The notes below the pieces were generated by a model. The model was not told where the DNA came from. It saw only the letters and a list, made by a program, of their open reading frames with translations, and made no database searches. A stretch of DNA of 63,970 nt, counting the filler. It is 4 parts of 4 records of this genome, joined end to end, with 100 filler letters (N's around TTAATTAATTAA, not from the genome) between each part and the next. Parts side by side here need not be neighbours in the genome. Positions count along the whole stretch, not along the records: positions 1 to 25,072 come from SRR20825006_40; 3 more parts are not named here. One strand, given 5' to 3'. The translations under genes were made by a program, and so were the position numbers. Shown here piece by piece: positions 9,382-18,841 of the stretch (position 1 is its first letter; every line of letters starts with the position of its first letter).

Positions 9382-10155
9382 ATGTTTAAGAACTCGTTTT
9401 CATTTAATGGCCGTATTCGTAGAACTGAATTTGGTATTAGTTATATAATATTTCTTGTTTTTATTTATGGTTTCATAGCACTTATGAAAGTTTTAAATTT
9501 AGGTGGATACCAATTATTTATATTATTAGGTGCCGCGTATTGGTTTTTGTTTTCACAAGGTGCAAAGCGTTGTCACGATCTTGGAAATAGCGGTTTTTAT
9601 CAAATCATTCCCTTTTATATTTTTGCCCTTCTTTTTAGTGAAGGGCAAAATAGAAATAACAAATACGGCCCAGACCCAAAACTTGAGGAGCTTCAAAATG
9701 CAGAAACTCCATTAAGCGATAAATCAACTGGTTTTAAATTGCCAAAAGGGAAAGATTTTGAAGCAATGGGAGGCGAATTGTTAAGTGGCACATTACTTAC
9801 AGCTTTAGTTTTGGCAGTAGCTAGTTATTTGCTAGATGACGACGACTGGGTGTATTTTAGTATTGAAAGCATCCTAATAATGACGGGCTATTTATCGGTG
9901 CTTCTTTTGAGTTTTAAATTTAAACCGCTTCCAAAAGCACCAATTTACTTTGTAGTGCATCGCGCTATTTTCAGTATTGTTTTGCATGTAATTATTTCTT
10001 CATATGAAATGTATAGCAACAACATTTCTAATATAAACTTTACTGCAATTGGTGGAGATATAATTTACATCCTATCCTTTTTTATACTTACGTATGTTCC
10101 ATACTATTTCTATAAAACATTAAAAAAACTTAATCCTATCTTGCTTGAAGCTTAA
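9382..10155 (+). CDS. DUF805-domain membrane protein with extra C-terminal TM domain
   Basis: FSFNGRIRR.EF, KRCHDLG.SG, N.YGPDP motifs, then four further hydrophobic helices. Confidence 0.8.
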   Translation: MFKNSFSFNGRIRRTEFGISYIIFLVFIYGFIALMKVLNLGGYQLFILLGAAYWFLFSQGAKRCHDLGNSGFYQIIPFYIFALLFSEGQNRNNKYGPDPKLEELQNAETPLSDKSTGFKLPKGKDFEAMGGELLSGTLLTALVLAVASYLLDDDDWVYFSIESILIMTGYLSVLLLSFKFKPLPKAPIYFVVHRAIFSIVLHVIISSYEMYSNNISNINFTAIGGDIIYILSFFILTYVPYYFYKTLKKLNPILLEA

Positions 10156-12796
10156 ATACCATATATTAATTTCGTGCATTGCGCTTGCCGGTTTGGCATT
10201 TTTGGCATACACTAAAAAATCTGAAGTAGTAAAAAGCATCCATTGGAGCGAACGCCTTCTTACATGGGATGATTTCCCTATTATTGGCGATATTCCTGGC
10301 GATTATCACGCTATGGTTTATTCTAACATACAATTTGAAGGGAACCGTGACGACAAATCACTTCGTATTTTTGCTCAAATGATTCCTCACTTATCTGGAA
10401 GGGTAATCGAAGATGTAGCCGATATGGAACAATTGCTGATTCACGAGCAAAATCATTTCAATATAACAGAATATTACGCCCGACTTTTTAGAAAAGAAGC
10501 AATTAGTATTGGTAAAGAAAACTTGACTAATAGTGATTTACAACGTTTAGGAAAAAAATATTTAGAGAAAATAAACGTGATGCAGGATGTATATGATAAG
10601 GAATCCAAGCATAATACAGAATGGCAAAAACAGCGCTATTGGGAACTACACATAGCAGGTTTGTTGCGTGAAACCGCTTATTTTGCTGAAGAAAATCTTT
10701 ATCATTATCAAGATTTTCTGAAAGAAGAAACCCAATGGTATCGAGAAATTTATACTACACTTGATGGCGAATTACTTTCGTTTTATCCAGAAAACACAAA
10801 AAATAGTCGTTTTGGTGAGATTTACCATATAACTCGAAAAAAGGACAGCATACTAATAAAGTATTTTGAGAACGGAAAACCTACTGCTGGCGGTTATTAT
10901 GAAGCACCATTGTGTATCATCACTTTCCCAAATATTTCAACCCGCGAAGTGCATCTTTTTGATTCAAATGGAGCTCCTTTTTCATCTTCAACAGAAGTTC
11001 CAATAACACGAAATATTAAAGATAAAGACGGAAATTTAACGCGTACCTATTATGAGGCAGAAGGGAAACAGATTTCAAAAGAAGGCGTATATACTCAAAA
11101 AGGAATTTGGAACGATACCCAGAAAAGTATGTATTCCAGTTATTACGATGAGAGTGGAAACCATGTAACACGTCGTGGTGCTTTTTATGAACTACGGGAA
11201 ATGGGTTCAAATAAATTTTCTAAAAGAATTTCCTATTTCGATAAAGGGGGTAAACCCATGCGCGACAAATATTTTATTTCTACTTATGAATATGAAACTG
11301 ATGCTAATTTAATGGTAACAACTGCTAAATGGTTTGATGTAGATGGAGCGTATGCTATTTATAATGAAGGGTATATTTCGGCTTATGATTATGACGAGCG
11401 TGGCAAAATAAAATCTATAGACTATCTCGATTCATTAGGTAACAAAACAGTGGATGCTAATGGGGTTCAAAAATACACCTATAATTACGACCAATATGGC
11501 AACTGTACCGATTTGCGAAAGTTTAATGTTCGGGGGCTCCCTACAAAAGGACAGGATGATTTTCACCATTCTGTAGTTTTGATTGATTCATTAGAAAGGG
11601 TTACATTTTCTGCAAAATATTACCCAGGTTATGTTTTAAAGTTCACTGAAAATAAAGAGGGCGCTACCACTTACTTATTCGAAGGCGATAGTATAATAAA
11701 CATAAAGAATGTTGATGCCTATGGTGACGAAGGGCCGGATGATACAGGAGTTTCATTAACAAAGCAATTTCTAAATGCAAAAAAAAATATTGTGGTTGAA
11801 CAATTTTTTGATGCTGAAGGCTCTTGGGCGAAAACACCAAGTGGAGTAGTTTCTTACAAATACAAATATGATGAACGCGGCAATCAAATAGAAATGACAG
11901 CGTATGATTCCCTTGGAAAAATCCGCGCTTGGGAAGAAGACGTAGCAATCAGTCGCTGGGAATATGACAAGAATAACAATAGAATTAAAACTATTTATTT
12001 CACAGAAAACAATGAACTGGCAAATGCAGTGCAAGGTGCGAGTACTTTAGGGTTTAAATATGATGATAACAATAATTTTTTAGAACGAACCAATTACGAC
12101 AAAAACAATAAGCCATGTCTTTTTGATGGTGCTTATAGAACAACAAGCATTTTAAATCGTTTTGGCAACGATTCCATTGTAATAATGTATGATGTGAATA
12201 ACCAGATTATTAATGGGGCTGGCATTATAAAATATGACTATAATTCGCGTGAAATTCTTATTTCAGAAAGCTCTTTTAATAGAAATAATCAAGCTGTTCT
12301 TAATGAAGCTGGTATTCACAAAATTGTTTATGAACATGATAAATTTGATAGGTATAATGGATATTCATATTATGGCAAGAATGGTGAAAAAGTGAATAAT
12401 ATTGAAGGGATTTCAACCATGGAAATCAATTTAAATTTTTCTGGATATATACGCAGTTATGCTTATTACGATAAATATAAAAACCCCGTAATTGGCCCGG
12501 AAGGGGTTCATAGTGTGCAAAATCATTATAATGATATGGATGAGGTGGTGCGTACATCTACTTACGGTACAGATCAAAAATTAATGGATAATGAAGAAGG
12601 TGTAGCGGATTTTGTATACCAAATTGATGAAAGCGGTAGAACACTGCGAATTTCTTTATACAATGCCGATGGAGACCTTGTTGAGGATTCCCAGGGCATT
12701 GCCGAATACTTTTATTTCCCTACACTAAATGGGCTTTTCTATCTAGAAAAGCAACTTAATGCAAAAGGCGAAGAAATTGCAAAAGAAGAAATATAA
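10145..12796 (+). CDS. Exported DUF922-like Zn-metalloprotease domain fused to YD-like repeats
   Basis: TTG start overlapping the upstream stop; signal/anchor; W..RLLTWDDF, LLIHEQNHFNITE, YD.ES.H; then ~32-aa repeats (YDERG, YDQYGN, YDKNNN). Confidence 0.7.
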   Translation: MKLKYHILISCIALAGLAFLAYTKKSEVVKSIHWSERLLTWDDFPIIGDIPGDYHAMVYSNIQFEGNRDDKSLRIFAQMIPHLSGRVIEDVADMEQLLIHEQNHFNITEYYARLFRKEAISIGKENLTNSDLQRLGKKYLEKINVMQDVYDKESKHNTEWQKQRYWELHIAGLLRETAYFAEENLYHYQDFLKEETQWYREIYTTLDGELLSFYPENTKNSRFGEIYHITRKKDSILIKYFENGKPTAGGYYEAPLCIITFPNISTREVHLFDSNGAPFSSSTEVPITRNIKDKDGNLTRTYYEAEGKQISKEGVYTQKGIWNDTQKSMYSSYYDESGNHVTRRGAFYELREMGSNKFSKRISYFDKGGKPMRDKYFISTYEYETDANLMVTTAKWFDVDGAYAIYNEGYISAYDYDERGKIKSIDYLDSLGNKTVDANGVQKYTYNYDQYGNCTDLRKFNVRGLPTKGQDDFHHSVVLIDSLERVTFSAKYYPGYVLKFTENKEGATTYLFEGDSIINIKNVDAYGDEGPDDTGVSLTKQFLNAKKNIVVEQFFDAEGSWAKTPSGVVSYKYKYDERGNQIEMTAYDSLGKIRAWEEDVAISRWEYDKNNNRIKTIYFTENNELANAVQGASTLGFKYDDNNNFLERTNYDKNNKPCLFDGAYRTTSILNRFGNDSIVIMYDVNNQIINGAGIIKYDYNSREILISESSFNRNNQAVLNEAGIHKIVYEHDKFDRYNGYSYYGKNGEKVNNIEGISTMEINLNFSGYIRSYAYYDKYKNPVIGPEGVHSVQNHYNDMDEVVRTSTYGTDQKLMDNEEGVADFVYQIDESGRTLRISLYNADGDLVEDSQGIAEYFYFPTLNGLFYLEKQLNAKGEEIAKEEI

Positions 12797-12980
12797 AGCT
12801 TATTAAAGATTTTTTTTAGTTAGAATAATTGTCTTTATAATGTGTTAAAAAAGACGCTTTTATTATACTTTATTATTGGTTTTACCTCGATTTTTTACGG
12901 TCATGAACAAACTCCCTCTGATTCTTTACAAGCCTATTTACAAACCTATTTCAACTATTTTTTTAGTGAAGCTAAGAGAA

Positions 12981-13682
12981 TCAACAAATCAATAACAAAC
13001 GTCGTTCACCAGCTTTTTCTTTAGGGGCGCGGTGTACACAGGGAAGCACTTTGCTTTCAGGATGAGCTACCGCCAACCGCCATAAGTTGCCAATCTCTAA
13101 ATTAATGGGTTTTGCATTTGGTTTTGCTTGGTAGTGTAGGTCGAAAAAATATTCACTTAAAAAGGCTTCAAAGCCTCTGCCTTCTTTCCCTTGGTATAGA
13201 TTTTTGAGTGCTGTACGTATTTCGGGGACAAGTATTTTTTGGACTGCTTGTTCATTTGGAAGTATGTCACTAGCAGCACCGTGATAGGTACATAAAAATG
13301 TATCGGTGGCTATAGGAGACCGATCTACATGAAAGGAATAAACATCTGTTGGAAACCAAGGCAGATCTTCATCACGCTCATAATTTTCAATTACATTTAG
13401 AATTGGAGCTGCACCATAGGCTTCCAACAATTTTATGTCATTTAATAATATTTCCCGCGCAAGTTTGCCTTGTTCACTCAGTTGAAGTGTGAGCAATTCC
13501 TCAGGACTAACTGTCGCCATAGTTCCGGTACAGATTAGTTTATTAGCAATTTCAGAAAAATCACCGATTAATGTACGGTTCCAGCACAACGCATTAATAT
13601 TACCTTGAAAAGGCGTAGTAACAAGCTCTTGAAAATCTGTAACGCATTTAATTTGAGAGGGGGTAAGGGGAGGCTTTTTCAT
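12981..13682 (-). CDS. DUF1826-domain protein (2OG/Fe(II) oxygenase-like motifs)
   Basis: FHVDR, CTYHG, HRAP, RRLLL; ATG at 13682 preferred (ORF extends to 13715). Confidence 0.75.
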   Translation of the reverse strand: MKKPPLTPSQIKCVTDFQELVTTPFQGNINALCWNRTLIGDFSEIANKLICTGTMATVSPEELLTLQLSEQGKLAREILLNDIKLLEAYGAAPILNVIENYERDEDLPWFPTDVYSFHVDRSPIATDTFLCTYHGAASDILPNEQAVQKILVPEIRTALKNLYQGKEGRGFEAFLSEYFFDLHYQAKPNAKPINLEIGNLWRLAVAHPESKVLPCVHRAPKEKAGERRLLLIC

Positions 13683-13802
13683 GATGAGAAATAATAGCAC
13701 AATATTATTTTCCAAAAGTAGTGATAATAAGCTTTTTCGAAAGAATTAAAAGTTGTTTGGTTTTGATACCTTATTAGTAGGGCTTTCTAAAGAATCACTT
13801 AA

Positions 13803-14429
13803 TTACTTTGGCTTCCAAAATTTAACTGCATATTTCAATAGAGCATTTTTATCAGATTCTATCCCTAGTTTTCTTATGATTGAAGCTCTCTGTGCTTCGA
13901 TGGTTTTTTCAGATAAAAAAAGCATATTGGCAATCTCTTTGGTAGTTTTTTGTGCTACTATTAATTCGAAAACTTTCTTTTCAGAAAAGGTTAATTTACC
14001 TAATGCTTCACCTTTTAAATAGTCGATATCGGTTTCAATATCTAGCTTTATTCTATGGCTATAATAGACTTCATTTTTTTGTAAATAATTAATGCAGCTT
14101 TTTAATTCGTCTAAAGCGTTTTGCTTTAATAAATAGGCATTAATTTTAAGAGATTCCGCCTTTTTGAAAATGCTTTTTTCTTTGTGGGATGTTAGTAGGA
14201 TAATCTTTGTAGGAATTTGATACAGCCTAATATTTTCGGCAATTTCCAAGCCATCCATGTCGGGCATGCTTATGTCGAGAATTGCAAATTCTGGTTTTAA
14301 TCTTTTAATTGCCATCCACGCCTCATGACCGTTGTTGTGGCTTTCTAAAACAACATGCCCCATCCCTTCAAGCAAAACTTGTGTGCCTAGAAGGGAAAGG
14401 GGAAAGTCGTCTGCAATTACAAAGTACAT
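13803..14429 (-). CDS. NarL/LuxR-family response regulator
   Basis: Receiver IADD, LDISMP, YLLK; HTH LT.SE..V...KTTKEIA..LFLSEKT. Confidence 0.9.
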   Translation of the reverse strand: MYFVIADDFPLSLLGTQVLLEGMGHVVLESHNNGHEAWMAIKRLKPEFAILDISMPDMDGLEIAENIRLYQIPTKIILLTSHKEKSIFKKAESLKINAYLLKQNALDELKSCINYLQKNEVYYSHRIKLDIETDIDYLKGEALGKLTFSEKKVFELIVAQKTTKEIANMLFLSEKTIEAQRASIIRKLGIESDKNALLKYAVKFWKPK

Positions 14430-14440
14430 AACCTAGTATT

Positions 14441-16441
14441 TTATTTTGGAATTGTAATATTAATTACCGTTCCGTTGTTAGTCGATTTAAAGCGAACCGT
14501 CCCATTAATAAATTTGGTGCGTTCGGTGATGTTTAATAAACCAAAGCAGTTGCCTTTCTCTAACATTCTGTCGGCGTCAAAACCTTTTCCATTGTCTTTT
14601 ATTTCGGCATACACAAACTCAGCATCTTCGAAAATGGTTATTTTTCCAGCCAATGCTTCGGCATGTTTCATCATGTTTGTTGTAGCTTCTTGAATTATTC
14701 GGTACAATTGCAATTCAACTGTATTGCTTAAATCGCCGTTGTAATTTACATCAGAGGTAAGTAAAAAGCTATGTTGATTTTGCGCCCGGTCTGTTAATTG
14801 TTCTATGCTCAGTTTTAATCCTAATTTGTCAAAAAGTGTGGGGCTAAGATTTCTACTAATATTACGAACCTCTTCAAGAATTGTATCAATTTTCGCACTG
14901 AATTTAGAACTGTTAGTTTCAAGAGCGTGGCGTAGATTAACCAGTTCGTTGCTTACACTATCATGCAAATCAGACGCAATACGTTTACGTTCCTCCTCCG
15001 TTTTACTTAGCAAAAGAGAGGTAAAGTTTTCAGCTAATAGTTTTTCTCTTACAATACTTCTGTTTTTGCTCCAGATAAGAAGTATTACAAAAATCAAAAT
15101 CAAAAATATTGCTCCTCCTCCCAACGAAACAATCATTTCCTTCTGTGATTGTAGTTGTTTTTCTTGTAATAATATTTTTTTCTCTTTTTGCTCAGTTTTA
15201 AATTTTCGCTCCAACTCAAACAACTTGCCATTTATAAGCTCTTTCGATTCTTTATCTTGGTTGTTTAACAAGAAGTTTGCATAACTATTCGCTTTTTTAT
15301 AGTCACCTTTCTTAGTGTAATAGGTATGTAATCCACTTCCCAATTGGATCATAAATTGTGTGTTTGGTTCTTCCTCAGATGCAATTTCATTGTAGAATTC
15401 TTCTGCTTCTTCAGGATTTTTTAAAGGCTTATCAAAAATTTCGGCATACATTATTTCTTGAAAAAGCGTTCGCATTTGCAAATCAGGACTGTTGCTTTGA
15501 TCCGTCATTTCTCTTGCTATTTTTAAGTAATTCAATGCTTCCTTATCTTCCCTTTGAGCAATGTGTTTAAAAGCTAAAAGTTGGTTTAAAACAGCTTTGT
15601 GATAGTTATTGATTTTAGGATATGTTTTGGCCTCAATGGCCATTGAATCAATATATTTAATAGCGCCTATAGTATCGGCTTTAGCGATGTTAAAATTAAC
15701 ATAGAGTGAATAGGCCGAAAAAGTAAGCGACTTACTACCTTGTTCTTTAACTATATTTAACCCTTTTTTTAGGTTTTTTTCTGCTTCGTCTAAGGCAGCG
15801 GTTTTTACAAAAATATCGTGTAACAATAGATAAACAGTGCCTTGATTTTTTACATCGCCTATTTCTTCAAATATGCGTAAGGCTGCAATGAGATATTTTT
15901 CAGTATTTTCAAAATCTCTAAGTAGCGAATAGTTTTGTGCAAGTGAAAAGTTTGTAAAACCTATAATCTGCTTGTGCGATTTGGATTCAGGTTTTAATTC
16001 AATGCCTTTTTTAAACCATTCAAAACTGGGGTCTAAATCGTGGTTAAAATAACTTTGGGCTCCTAGGTAATAACACAAGTAACTTTGAGATTCGGCACTA
16101 ATATGGTCTTTGTGGGTATTGTAGAAATTGCGACTCGTATTAAAATACATGCTGTCAAAATGTATATTTCTATCTAAGGCATTGCCATAGGCTTTTAGAT
16201 AGATAGCCGCCTTCTCATAGTTTTTGTTTTCTAGTTGATGGTTGAAGTAATAAAAAGCGCTGTCTTGGTACGCTTTATTGCTATAGTTAGCTCCATTTTC
16301 TAACCATTCATATGCAGGAAGCGTATGCCGATATGCCTCTAAATCTTTTTCAATAGATAGTTCTTTTTCTGAGGAAGTATTGCAGCTAAAAGTTAACAAA
16401 CAACATGTTGCAATCAGAAATAAGGTAGTGAGGTGTTTCAT
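14441..16441 (-). CDS. TPR-containing sensor histidine kinase (HisKA_3)
   Basis: ERKRIASDLHD H-box, QEATTN..KHA, DNGKGF, FGL.NI.ER; TM helix; periplasmic TPRs; lipoprotein-like signal. Confidence 0.9.
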   Translation of the reverse strand: MKHLTTLFLIATCCLLTFSCNTSSEKELSIEKDLEAYRHTLPAYEWLENGANYSNKAYQDSAFYYFNHQLENKNYEKAAIYLKAYGNALDRNIHFDSMYFNTSRNFYNTHKDHISAESQSYLCYYLGAQSYFNHDLDPSFEWFKKGIELKPESKSHKQIIGFTNFSLAQNYSLLRDFENTEKYLIAALRIFEEIGDVKNQGTVYLLLHDIFVKTAALDEAEKNLKKGLNIVKEQGSKSLTFSAYSLYVNFNIAKADTIGAIKYIDSMAIEAKTYPKINNYHKAVLNQLLAFKHIAQREDKEALNYLKIAREMTDQSNSPDLQMRTLFQEIMYAEIFDKPLKNPEEAEEFYNEIASEEEPNTQFMIQLGSGLHTYYTKKGDYKKANSYANFLLNNQDKESKELINGKLFELERKFKTEQKEKKILLQEKQLQSQKEMIVSLGGGAIFLILIFVILLIWSKNRSIVREKLLAENFTSLLLSKTEEERKRIASDLHDSVSNELVNLRHALETNSSKFSAKIDTILEEVRNISRNLSPTLFDKLGLKLSIEQLTDRAQNQHSFLLTSDVNYNGDLSNTVELQLYRIIQEATTNMMKHAEALAGKITIFEDAEFVYAEIKDNGKGFDADRMLEKGNCFGLLNITERTKFINGTVRFKSTNNGTVINITIPK

Positions 16442-16748
16442 TTAAGGGGACTTATCTATTTTAACTATCCTTTTTTTACAAATTTGGATATTTTTCAAAT
16501 ATAAAATTTAATTACATTTAGTTCTTAATCACTACCAGTTTATTCGCAAATTAATGATGTGATGCATACTATCTAATTTCAGCAGTATATCGCAGTTGAG
16601 CCATATTCTGGATGACGGTTTGGCATGCTAAACACAGCACAAAACAGATGGCAAATTATAGGATTTCAATTAGTTAAACATGTGATTTATACAAAAACAT
16701 AAACTGGTTATATTTTAAAAATGTGGTTAGCCATATATTTTTTCTTTA

Positions 16749-17156
16749 TTATCGATATTTAACAACTCCTTTTATACTTATAGCTTGATCATTTGCATTA
16801 TAACTATATTGTTCTGACTCGTAATTTTCACCATTTAATGGTAAAATCAAGCTGCCTTTTTTATTAGAAAAATAAACCTCAACTTTAGATTTATCTTTAT
16901 TAAAAACAACAGAAGCACTTTGTTCTTTATTCTCTAACATTTCTAGTCTTATTCCTAGCTCCCAAATTCTAATGCATTCATTTCTAATTTCACTCCATGT
17001 AAATCCTGCCGAACCAATGCAACCATGTTCATCTTTATCTCCACCTACAATAACAGATGGAATTTTATCGGTTACATTTTGAGCTTCACTATTTTGCTTA
17101 ACGTTTATACAAGACATTAGCATTAGTAGACAAACTACTGTGTATATTTTTTTCAT
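16749..17156 (-). CDS. Hypothetical lipoprotein with GGDKDEHGC...C motif
   Basis: Lipobox LMSC; VGGDKDEHGCIGSAGFTWS...CIRIWE disulfide motif; ATG at 17156. Confidence 0.7.
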   Translation of the reverse strand: MKKIYTVVCLLMLMSCINVKQNSEAQNVTDKIPSVIVGGDKDEHGCIGSAGFTWSEIRNECIRIWELGIRLEMLENKEQSASVVFNKDKSKVEVYFSNKKGSLILPLNGENYESEQYSYNANDQAISIKGVVKYR

Positions 17157-17353
17157 TTGGATTTTTTGTTTTAGATATAAAGTTTCTTTAACGCACACCT
17201 ATTAAAACACTAAATAGCAATTATTTTACAAGTTGTTAGCTTTAGACTTTTCGTGCATCTGGACTTATCAAAGAAGCTCCATGATGTACTGCTAATGAAA
17301 TGAGCATTTTTCGTATTTTATTTGCGAAATGATACACAATAGTAAAATGCGTG

Positions 17354-17449
17354 AGTAGTGGCAAGTTGCATAACACTTTTCTGCCAAAGTGCTACGCAGT
17401 ATAAGTGAGCTAAAGATTTTGATGCTTAGCACTTTTCCTTGCCATTACT
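17354..17449. repeat. Long imperfect intergenic inverted repeat
   Basis: AGTAGTGGCAAG (17354) pairs with CTTGCCATTACT (17438); AAAGTGCTACGC (17386) pairs with GCTTAGCACTTT (17424). Confidence 0.65.
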
Positions 17450-17470
17450 GATTCAACATGTAATATGCTT

Positions 17471-18229
17471 TTATTTTTTTATTATCTGCCCTGCTTGATT
17501 TAAAATGATCTTGTCATTTTGAAAGACAACCAACGCTGCTGATGGCCTCTCATTGATTCCTATAACATTTACAACGCAGGTATACGTATAGCTACCATTG
17601 ATAAATTCATAGCGGTGATTTCCTCCGTTACCGTCAGGAATGTAAGCTCCGTTTTTGACTATCAAACTAGGTTGCTCACTCATTTCAGAATCTATGGGCC
17701 AAGAAGCATATCTATATGTCAAATCTTCTAACTGATCTATTCTAATTTTAAATTTTTTGGTCTCTATGATTAAAATAGGCTCTATAAAATTCTTTAAACT
17801 TTCGTGAATTGATTTTTTCTTTCTTTCGATGAGTTCAATTCTTTTGTTGTATTCAGAATCTGATTCATAGTTTACAGCTATGAGTTTTCCTTTAGAGTTA
17901 AGCCACAATTCTCCTATGTTAAACATGATTCCCCTAGAACCAACCGAGGACCAATCTGTTTTAATATTTGATGAAATAATTAAAGATTTTAAACTGTCAT
18001 CAAAAACTTCATGATATCGTTTCTTAAAATCAAATTCGTTTTTAATGTCTAAAAGAGGTGTATTTCTTTTTAAAGGATAAACAATTAGAGTTTTCAGTTT
18101 CTCTACATTATTACTTTTAATACAGTCAACAAATATTTTTACAGTTTCTAAATCCTCCTTGTTCAATTCTTGAGAAAAACCCAGTTTGAAAAATAAAAGA
18201 AGTACTATAAATAGAATTGGTCTTTTCAT
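17471..18229 (-). CDS. Exported two-domain hypothetical protein
   Basis: Signal peptide MKRPILF...FSQ; YPLKR, WSSVGSRGIM, YRYASW, GNGGNH.YEF.NG motifs. Confidence 0.7.
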   Translation of the reverse strand: MKRPILFIVLLLFFKLGFSQELNKEDLETVKIFVDCIKSNNVEKLKTLIVYPLKRNTPLLDIKNEFDFKKRYHEVFDDSLKSLIISSNIKTDWSSVGSRGIMFNIGELWLNSKGKLIAVNYESDSEYNKRIELIERKKKSIHESLKNFIEPILIIETKKFKIRIDQLEDLTYRYASWPIDSEMSEQPSLIVKNGAYIPDGNGGNHRYEFINGSYTYTCVVNVIGINERPSAALVVFQNDKIILNQAGQIIKK

Positions 18230-18305
18230 CTTAATGGGGTATAAATTTATGATAGGTCTTCTTGAAGTCAATTTCAGAATTCTTGCTGAACACCTGGTAT
18301 TTGTT

Positions 18306-18788
18306 TTAAGGATTGCAACTAGTCAAAATTGAAGTAAGCACATCAGACTGGTCAAATACAAGTACACAACTAGACTCGTAATTGGCTTTAGCAGCTGAAT
18401 CTTTATAATAGATACGGTATCGACTTTCTGGGCCACCATCTTCATAAGGCGCTAATTTATCACCAAGAAGTGCCTGTACTTCACTTAAGGTCTTTCCCAT
18501 AACCTTTTGGTTTACACCTTCTAATTTGACATCCTTATGAATGCATCTTATAATGTATAAATAATAATTGCCATTACTGTCATAAGCAAAATTTAATTCC
18601 AATTCAATATTGTCATAGTTAACCATAACAGTATCGTCTTCTGCAAGATCTATTGGTGTGATTTTTTCTGCTTCTAAATAGGACATTCCTACTTTCAAAT
18701 CCTTGTAACCTTTATCATTAAACTGTCCGTACCCTGAAATACTTAGCATAAATAATAATGCGTACATTAATTTTTTTATGCTTTTCAT
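18306..18788 (-). CDS. Exported hypothetical protein, BLIP/BamE-like repeats (paralog A1)
   Basis: Signal peptide; LKVGMSYLEAEKI and MGKTLSEVQALLG; clear paralog of 18842-19330. Confidence 0.7.
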   Translation of the reverse strand: MKSIKKLMYALLFMLSISGYGQFNDKGYKDLKVGMSYLEAEKITPIDLAEDDTVMVNYDNIELELNFAYDSNGNYYLYIIRCIHKDVKLEGVNQKVMGKTLSEVQALLGDKLAPYEDGGPESRYRIYYKDSAAKANYESSCVLVFDQSDVLTSILTSCNP

Positions 18789-18841
18789 TTTATAATTTAT
18801 TTGAATTGCTTTCATGATTCTTTAAAACTTTAGTATTTATT

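Noticed and set aside
10145-12796. Classical Rhs polymorphic toxin call
   Set aside because: No Rhs core terminal motif, no C-terminal toxin domain, no convincing downstream immunity gene, no T6SS genes
12842-13024. 60-aa ORF with a signal-like N-terminus
   Set aside because: GTG start, overlaps the convergent DUF1826 gene, no recognisable domain; at most a gene remnant
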